Shown: in pieces, positions 56,869-64,000 of the stretch
How the letters are laid out: each line of letters opens with the position of its first letter
Numbering within the stretch: position 1 is the first letter of the stretch
Program-made: the position numbers and the translations under genes
Source of the DNA: Burkholderiales bacterium
GTDB taxonomy: Bacteria > Pseudomonadota > Gammaproteobacteria > Burkholderiales > SG8-39
Reading direction: 5' to 3'
Assembly (NCBI GenBank): GCA_033582675.1
Contig: JAVQZY010000025.1
Location: 18,850-82,849, forward strand
DNA length: 64,000 bases
Notes under the pieces: generated by a model
Told to the model about the DNA's origin: nothing
The model's database searches: none
What the model saw: the letters and a program-made list of their open reading frames with translations, nothing else

Positions 56869-57987
56869 GTGCGCCGCACCCGTCAATCCGGCATGAGCCT
56901 GGTCGAAGTGATGGTCGCGGTGGCGATCGGCCTGATCGGCATCCTGATCATCACGCAGGCGTACATCGCCGGCGAGAACTTCAACCGTTCGACCGTCGGC
57001 GAAAGCGGCGGACAGATGGGCGGCGCGGTCGCGCTCTACATGATCGAGCGCGACCTGCGCAACGCGGGCTACGGGATCGCGGATACCGGCGCGCTGCGCT
57101 GCGGCGAACTGTATTGGTACTACGACCCGAACTATTCGCAGAACATCAGCGCCGGCTCGCCTTTGCCGCGGCTCGTCGTCGCGCCCGTACTGATCCGGAC
57201 CTCGGCGAGCGGCGCGCCGGACGAGCTGACGGTGCTCTATTCGCGCAGCGCCCGCATGGCGACGCCCGCGACGATCCAGAGCTTCGTCGCGAGCGCCGCC
57301 GAAGTGACGCTGCTCGGCACCTCGCTCGGCTTTGCGGCGAACGACCTCGTGATCCTGTCGAGCGGGAGCGGTTGCACGCTGCGGCAGGTTACCGCGGTCG
57401 TCGAGGAACAGAACAAGATCCAGCTCAACCCCGGACCGAGCGCGCGGTTCAACCCGCCGGGCTGGGGAGCGTTTCCGACCACCTATGCGAACGGCGACCT
57501 CGTCTTCAATCTCGGGAACGCGGCGTTGCGCACCTACACGGTGTCGGGCGGCAAGCTCCTTGCGACCGACGTCCTGCTCCAGGCGGCCGGGGCGGCGGGG
57601 GCAACGGCGGCGCTCATGGAAGGTATCGTCGATCTGCGCGCGCAGTACGGCAAGGACAACGGCATCGACAACGGCACCGTCATCGCGGCGAGCTACGTCG
57701 CGAACGACGGGCAGGTAGACCAGTTCAGCAACACCGTCCCGGCGAACGCCGCGGAATGGCGGCAGGTGCTTTCGGTTCGGCTCGGCATCCTCGTGCGCAT
57801 CGGAACCTACGAGAAGCCCTCGGCGGCCGGCATCTGCGACGCGACCACGACCCCGCCCGCCTGGGCCGGCGGTACTTTCACCGCGATCGATGTCAGCACC
57901 ACGACGAGCGAAGACCGCTGCTACCGCTACCGCGTGTTCGAAACGATCGTGCCGCTTCGCAACATGATATGGGGGCTCGCGTCGTGA
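56869..57987 (+). CDS. pilW: Type IV minor pilin PilW
   Basis: G/MSLVEVMVAVAIG, ERDLRNAGY, LRAQYGKD, IVPLRN. Confidence 0.88.
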   Translation: MRRTRQSGMSLVEVMVAVAIGLIGILIITQAYIAGENFNRSTVGESGGQMGGAVALYMIERDLRNAGYGIADTGALRCGELYWYYDPNYSQNISAGSPLPRLVVAPVLIRTSASGAPDELTVLYSRSARMATPATIQSFVASAAEVTLLGTSLGFAANDLVILSSGSGCTLRQVTAVVEEQNKIQLNPGPSARFNPPGWGAFPTTYANGDLVFNLGNAALRTYTVSGGKLLATDVLLQAAGAAGATAALMEGIVDLRAQYGKDNGIDNGTVIAASYVANDGQVDQFSNTVPANAAEWRQVLSVRLGILVRIGTYEKPSAAGICDATTTPPAWAGGTFTAIDVSTTTSEDRCYRYRVFETIVPLRNMIWGLAS

Positions 57988-58589
57988 AACGCGCTCTGGC
58001 GTCCGCCGAACGCGGGGTCGTCCTTTTCATCGCGCTGATCATCCTCGTCGCGATGTCGCTCGCGGGGATCGCGCTCATGCGCAGCGTCGATACCGGTACG
58101 ATCGTCGCCGGCAACCTCGCCTTCCGCCAGAGCACGACGTTCGTCGCCGATCTGGGCGTCGAGGCGGCGCGCGCCTGGCTGATCGCCACCGCCGCCAGCT
58201 CTCCGGGGGCGCTCAACGCGCACGCCACCGATCAGGCCTACTGCGCGCGGCTCGAGGATGCGACCATCACGACGAGCTTTTCCGGCGCGTGCGCCGGCGC
58301 GACGTTCCCCGCAAGAGAGGTGACCGCGGCCCCGTACGCGCCGCCGCCGGGCTACACCGTGCGGTACGTCATACACCGCATGTGCTCCGACCAAGGCGAT
58401 CCGTCGACCGCCGCGATCGAGTGCGTCAAGGCGGCGGGCACTGCGGCGGCCGGCGCCGGCGGCACCAAGGGGGCCGCGGTCTACGGCGCGTACGCGCTCG
58501 CCGTGCCGGTCGCGACGGTCTATCGCGTCACCGTGCAGGTGACCGGGCCGCGCAATTCGCGCAGCTACGTCCAGGCAGTGGTGTTCTGA
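57984..58589 (+). CDS. pilX: Type IV minor pilin PilX
   Basis: G/VVLFIALIILV lacking Glu5 (PilX hallmark), AGNLAFRQ, YRVTVQVTGP. Confidence 0.85.
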   Translation: MKRALASAERGVVLFIALIILVAMSLAGIALMRSVDTGTIVAGNLAFRQSTTFVADLGVEAARAWLIATAASSPGALNAHATDQAYCARLEDATITTSFSGACAGATFPAREVTAAPYAPPPGYTVRYVIHRMCSDQGDPSTAAIECVKAAGTAAAGAGGTKGAAVYGAYALAVPVATVYRVTVQVTGPRNSRSYVQAVVF

Positions 58590-58608
58590 GCACGATCATA
58601 TCAGGGAG

Positions 58609-61600
58609 ATGGAGATGAGCCGCGCATCCGATCTCGCGAAAAAGCTGCTCGCCGGCCTGCTCAGCGTCTCGATCGTCTTCAGCGGGCCGCTTCATGCCGC
58701 GCTCACCGACATCGCTGACTATCCGATCACGCAGCCGGCGACCGCGAGCCTCAACCCGAACCTGCTCCTCATCCTCGACGACTCCGGCTCGATGGCGCGC
58801 CAGTTCAGCCCGGACTACGTATCGCCGCACGTCGAGTCGGCGGTTCGAACGCGCAACTGCTTCGACTCCTACGATACGAACAACGACATCACGACGACGC
58901 TCGAGCACTGCGGGCCGGGCGATCCGCCGGCGATGGCGCCGGAGTTCAACGCCCAGTACTACAACCCGGAGATCCGGTATCTGCCGGCGGTGAACTACGA
59001 CGGCAGCCAGCGCGCGAACATGACCTGCGCGAACACCGGCGGAACCCTTCAGAACCCCGGCGACGATCCGAACGACCCGAACGCGCCCTGCGTCGGCGGC
59101 GGCGGCTGGACCGCGGTCCCGACCGACAACGTGAGCGCACCCGGGCGCGAACCAGGCGCGCAAGGACCTCACCACGGGCCAGGGCGCTCCCGCGCAGCAA
59201 CTGGGACACCGGCATCGAGCCCGGTGATCTACGACCTACAACGTCCGGCAGAACTGGCCGGACCGAGTCTGGTGCAAGACAGCGGGCGACACGAATTTCA
59301 ACGATCCCAGCCGCTGCCGTACGAACAGCGCGTACACCTATCCGAACTTCGAGTTCGGCTACGGCAAGGATCGCCTCGGGGAACGTCAAGTACCGGTTCG
59401 GCGCGCCCTACTACTACCGGATCATCCCGACCGAGTATTGCACGGACGCGCGCGCTGACCAACTGCGTCGCCTCCGACGGCCCCACGGTCGTCGGCGGCG
59501 TAAGCTACTCCGTGCCGGCGCCAGTGCGCTTCTGCGCGGACGCGACGCTCACCGACTGCCAGCGCCAAGCGTTCCAGCACGCGCCGGTACCCGAAGTTCG
59601 CGGGCCGCATCGTTCCCGCCCGGCGGCGCTCCGGCCGCTGCGGGCGTGCGCGAGGATCACGGTCGCCGATCCGCAGCCGGACTCCGCGCAAGGGCAACGT
59701 GGCTGAGCATCGTGGCGAGCAAAGCCGGGCGGGGCGTCCTTCACCGTCGTCGCAGGGACGATCACGCTACGCCGCGAACGCGAGCGCGACCACTTGGGCC
59801 GAGACGATTGCCAACGCGATCACCACCTACTGGTCGACGTCCCCGATCGAGCACAGATTCGCCGCCACCCGCAGCGGCAACGTCGTGACGATCACGGTGC
59901 CGCGTTCGGCGCAGGCCGGCGCCGGCCTGGAACGGCGGCACGCCTGACGCTCACCCATAGCGTCACCGGCCAAACGCCCGCCTGGGTCGAATTCACTTTT
60001 ACCAATACCGTGCAGGTGCGAGCAGCGGCTCGGGGGTCGGCCAGTGTCGAACAGCCTGGTCATCGAGGGCCAGCAGTTCGTCTCCTTCCACCATTTCCTG
60101 CACGCACCTCCGAGTGCAACAGCACCGGACCAGCGCGATCGCGCAACGACCGAATGGCAGCACATAGTGCGTGCGCAGCCCTGACCCCTCCTGCAGGCTG
60201 GGTAGTGTCAGCGGCAGCGGGAACGTGGTGAGAATTACGGCACCCGTCGCTCACCGGTTCGGAAAAGAACGGGACCGCGGCGGCGATCAGCGCGGCGAAC
60301 ACCAGCGCCACCGGCTCGAACGGCTCGCGGCTCGCGAACGGCGTGACCGTAGGCGACGTCGTCCACACCGTGATCGATTTCACCGGGGGCGCCGATCCGA
60401 GCCACGAGCGCCAGCCGTGTCGATGTCGGTACCTTCGTGCGCACCGACATCGTGCCGGGACGCACCTACAACAAGTACCCGAACCGCACCGACTGCGTCG
60501 CGCAGGAAGGCGTGTGCACCTACGCCGAGGAGATGACCAACTTCGCCAACTGGTTCGCGTACTACCGCACGCGCATCCAGGCGGCGAAGACCGCGATCGG
60601 ACGCGCGATCGCGCTCGCCGCGATTCCGGACAACTGGCGGCTCGGGTTCAAGACGATCAACTTCGCCGCAAGCCGTTACCTCCCGGTCGCGCCGTTTACG
60701 AGCGGCGCAGGCGGCCACCGCCAGCAGTGGTACCAGAAGCTCTACGAGGCGCCGGCGGCGAGCGGCACGCCGCTTCGCCTTGCGCTCTCGCGCGCCGGGC
60801 GCTACTTCGGCAACCGGAACCCGGACGGCATGGGTCCCACGCCGATCAATTCCGCGTGCCAACCCAACTTCGTGATCCTCACCTCCGACGGCTACTGGAA
60901 CGACAGCGGCACGGTGGCACAGAAGCTCGACGGCAGCGCGATCGGCGACGCCGACGGCGACGGCTACGCGAACACGCTCGCCGACGTCGCGTACTACTAC
61001 TACCACACCGACCTCATGCCCTCGCTCCCGAACCAGGTCCCGGCCGCCGGCATCGACAACGCGCCGCACCAGCACATGACGACGTTCACCGTGGGCATGG
61101 GCATCGAGGGAACGCTCCTCTTCCACCCGAATTACCTGGAGCGCGGAAACAGCCTCGACTACGACGCGATCACCGACGGCAATCCGGCGACCACGCCGAA
61201 CAATTGGCCGCAGCCGGTCGCCGACACCGAAACCGCAGTGGACGACATGTGGCACGCGGCGGTGAACGGCCGGGGCCGCTTCTTCAGCGTCCGGGATCCG
61301 GAGGCGCTCGCGAACGGCATCAACCAGGTGCTCACCGCGATCGCGCAGCGCGTGGGCGCTGGCGCGGCCGCCGCCACCTCGAACCTTCAGCCGGTCGCCG
61401 GCGACAACTTCGCGTTCACCGCGCAGTACACCACCGTCGAATGGTCGGGCGACCTGAAGGCGCGCACGATCCGGCTCACCGACGGGCTGATCTCCGGACG
61501 CGAGCTGTGGTCGGCGTCGGCGCTTCTCGACCAGCGCAGCCACACCGACCGGCGGATCTACACCTTTGATCCCGCCGACACCGTGCCCGGCGCAGTGATC

Positions 61601-63595
61601 ACGGTCAACGGCGCAAGCCGCGTGCAGAACGGCAACAGGCTGCGCAGTTTCTGCAGCCACACCGACGCCGCGCTCCCCACCTGCGACGACGGCGGACTGC
61701 TCACGCCGCAGGAAGCCAACGACTACTTCAATCCCCTCGGCGGGCCGAACGGGGCCCTGTCGCAGACCGCCGGCTGGCCGAGCGGCGATCCGCGGCGCGT
61801 TGCGGCGACGCCCGGTTCGCTCATCCGCTACCTGCGCGGCGACGCCGCCAACGAGATCGCGCTCGGCGGCACCTCGTCGACCGACCTCTATCGTAACCGC
61901 GCGCACCTGCTCGGCGACATCGTGAACGCGCAGCCGGCGTACGTGAAGGCGGCGCCGTTCAACTACAGCCCGACGACCGACCCCTATTACCTCGACTTCA
62001 AGAACAGGACCAACGGCACCGCCGGTACGCGCAAGGGCACGGTGTACGTCGCGGCGAACGACGGCATGCTGCACGCGTTCGAGACCGACCCGGACAACAA
62101 TCCGTACTACCAGACCGCGGGAATCGAAAACCCGGACACCAACCCGGGAAACGACGCGTTCACCGGTACGCTCAACACCGACCCGATCACCGGCGAGGGG
62201 GCGGAACGCTGGGCGTACATCCCGACGCTCGTCTTTCCGACTCTCAAGCGTCTCGCGGAGGCGAACTACTCGAGCAACCACCGCTTTTTCGTCGACGGCT
62301 CGCCGGCGGTGGGTGACGTGTGCTTCGGCCATACGCTGTCGACGCCGTGCGCCTCGGTCAACAACTGGCGGACCATCCTCGTCGCCGGGCTGAACGCCGG
62401 CGGTCGCGGCTACTACGCGCTCGACATCACCGACCCGGACAACCCGAAGGGGCTGTGGGAGCTGAAGGGCGGAAGCGGCGCCGCCTGTCTCACCGACGCG
62501 CAGGCGAACAGCGGCGAGTACGGCGAGGACTGCAACATCGGGCTTACCTTCGGCAACCCGATCATCGCCAAGCGGCCCGAAGACGGGCGCTGGGTGGTGT
62601 TCGTCACCTCCGGTTACAACAACGTGAGCCCCGGCGACGGCAAGGGCTACCTCTATATCGTCGATGCGCAGACCGGAAAGATCCTTCGACGCATGAGCAC
62701 GGGCCTCGGCAGCACCGGCACTCCGAGCGGCCTCGGGCGCATCAACGCCTGGGTCGATCAGGCGACGGTCAACAACACGGCGCGGGCGGTCTACGGCGGC
62801 GACCTTCAGGGCAACGTCTGGCGATTCCAGCTCGAGGAACAGGCGAGCCCGGCGATTCCCCGCTATTCGGTGACCAAGCTCGCGACCGTCTACGACCCGA
62901 GCAACAATCCGCAGCCGATCACCGCGAAGCCGGAACTCGCCGAAGTGGCCGGCAAGCGGGTGGTCGTCATCGGCACCGGCAGGTTCCTCGGCGCGAGCGA
63001 CAAGACCGACAATCAGCGCCAGAGCATCTACGCGATCAAGGACGACCTCGCCGGCGCGGGCGATTCCACGCCTTTCAACGATCCGCCGCAGGTCAACATG
63101 ACGCGCAGCTCGCCGACGACGATTCCGGGATTCGTGCGGCAGGAGCTCACCGAAAATTCCACGAGCACCCGGATCGCGACCAACAACCCGGTCGACTTCA
63201 CCGCGCATCACGGCTGGTTCATCGACCTGCCCGGCGGCGGCTCGGGCGGCGAGGCGGCCGAGCGGGTGAACATCGATCCGAGCGTGCAACTCGGCACGCT
63301 CGTCGTCGCCTCCAATGTCCCGAGCAACGAGACCTGTGTCGCCGGCGGCTACGGCTGGGTCAACTTCCTCAACGTCGCGAGCGGTGCGACCGTGGCGACC
63401 GGCGTGTCCGGTACTCCGGCGAGCGTGAAGATCGCCGCCTCGCTCATCGTCGGCATCAACGTCGTGAAGATCGGCGAGCAGGTGAAGACGGTCGTCACGA
63501 CCGCCGACAACCAACAGATCACGGAGGCGACTCCGACGGTGCCGAGCGGTGTGCAAGGCCGCCGAGTGAGCTGGCGTGAGGTGTTCGTGGAGTGA
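58609..63595 (+). CDS. pilY1: Type IV pilus tip adhesin PilY1/PilC (many indels at 59130-60430)
   Basis: Signal peptide, vWA motif DDSGSM, NFANWFAYYRTR, GTPL, ILTSDG, beta-propeller motifs LGDIVN, VAANDGMLHAF, YGGDLQGNVWRF, RVSWRE. Confidence 0.9.
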
Positions 63596-64000
63596 GACGC
63601 TCGGGCGCCCGGCGGCGGCGTTCCTCGCTTCGGCCGCGTTGCACCTCTCGGCCGTGCTCGGGCTCGAGGCGCTGCCCTGGGCGGTTCGCGACCCGGCGGC
63701 CGCCCGCTCGGATCTCGGGCTCGCTCCGCTACGAGCGAGCCTCCGGGCGGAGCCGGAAGCGCCGCGCGAGGCTCCGCGCCCTGTCGCCGAGCGCCCACTG
63801 CTCGCTCTGCACACGGAGCGCGCGGCGTCGACGGCGGCCGCAACCGGAACCGGGGCTGAGGAGCGCGGCGAGCCGGGCGCGGAGCGCTACCTTTCCTTGC
63901 GCGAACTCGACGAACGGCCGAAGGTGCTCAGCCCGGTCGACCCTCCCTACCCGAACGACGCCTATCTGCGCAACATCGGCGGCAGGGTGCTCGTCAGGCT
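63576..64000 (+). CDS. TonB-family protein, truncated by the window edge
   Basis: TM anchor FLASAALHL, Pro/Ala linker, ELDERPKVL...PPYPNDAYLRNIGGRVLVRL. Confidence 0.7.
   Translation, partial: MRCSWSETLGRPAAAFLASAALHLSAVLGLEALPWAVRDPAAARSDLGLAPLRASLRAEPEAPREAPRPVAERPLLALHTERAASTAAATGTGAEERGEPGAERYLSLRELDERPKVLSPVDPPYPNDAYLRNIGGRVLVR

Overview
High-GC bacterial chromosomal segment. Gene content and order suggest a betaproteobacterium (inference). Most of it is housekeeping or metabolic: prfB (true programmed +1 frameshift)-lysS; a PHA cluster phaC-phaA-phaB'-phaB-phaR-rimO-bktB; ZIP-pgeF-rluD/bamD; a DinG/YoaA helicase; a Fe3+ ABC transporter with Fur-like boxes; a CoxL-like molybdoenzyme; tRNA-Ser/serS-rarA-lolA-ftsK-crp/trxB; two-subunit aconitase X; glnB; amidase, MlrC and peptide ABC genes; birA-coaX-SPOR; tRNA-Thr; and a type IV minor pilin operon with a large PilY1. 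A small accessory islet carries hicB-hicA, mrr and an orphan hicB. About 20 genes, including essential ones, have single-base indels, and serS and part of pilY1 are riddled with them. These look like assembly errors, so many ORF-track entries are split, fused or shadow frames. I found no CRISPR array, rRNA, integrase or transposase. The best leads are: (1) recurrent -10 hexamers 5-11 nt before start codons, including symmetric bidirectional promoters and two genes sharing one CATG; (2) a CX3CX2CX3C insert in the iron ABC ATPase; (3) a small secreted three-repeat Trp/Cys protein; (4) an aconitase X lacking the GCPH ligand motif; (5) a possible ATPase plus nuclease-like pair cut by the left edge. 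All calls rest on motif recognition by eye, with no database searches.
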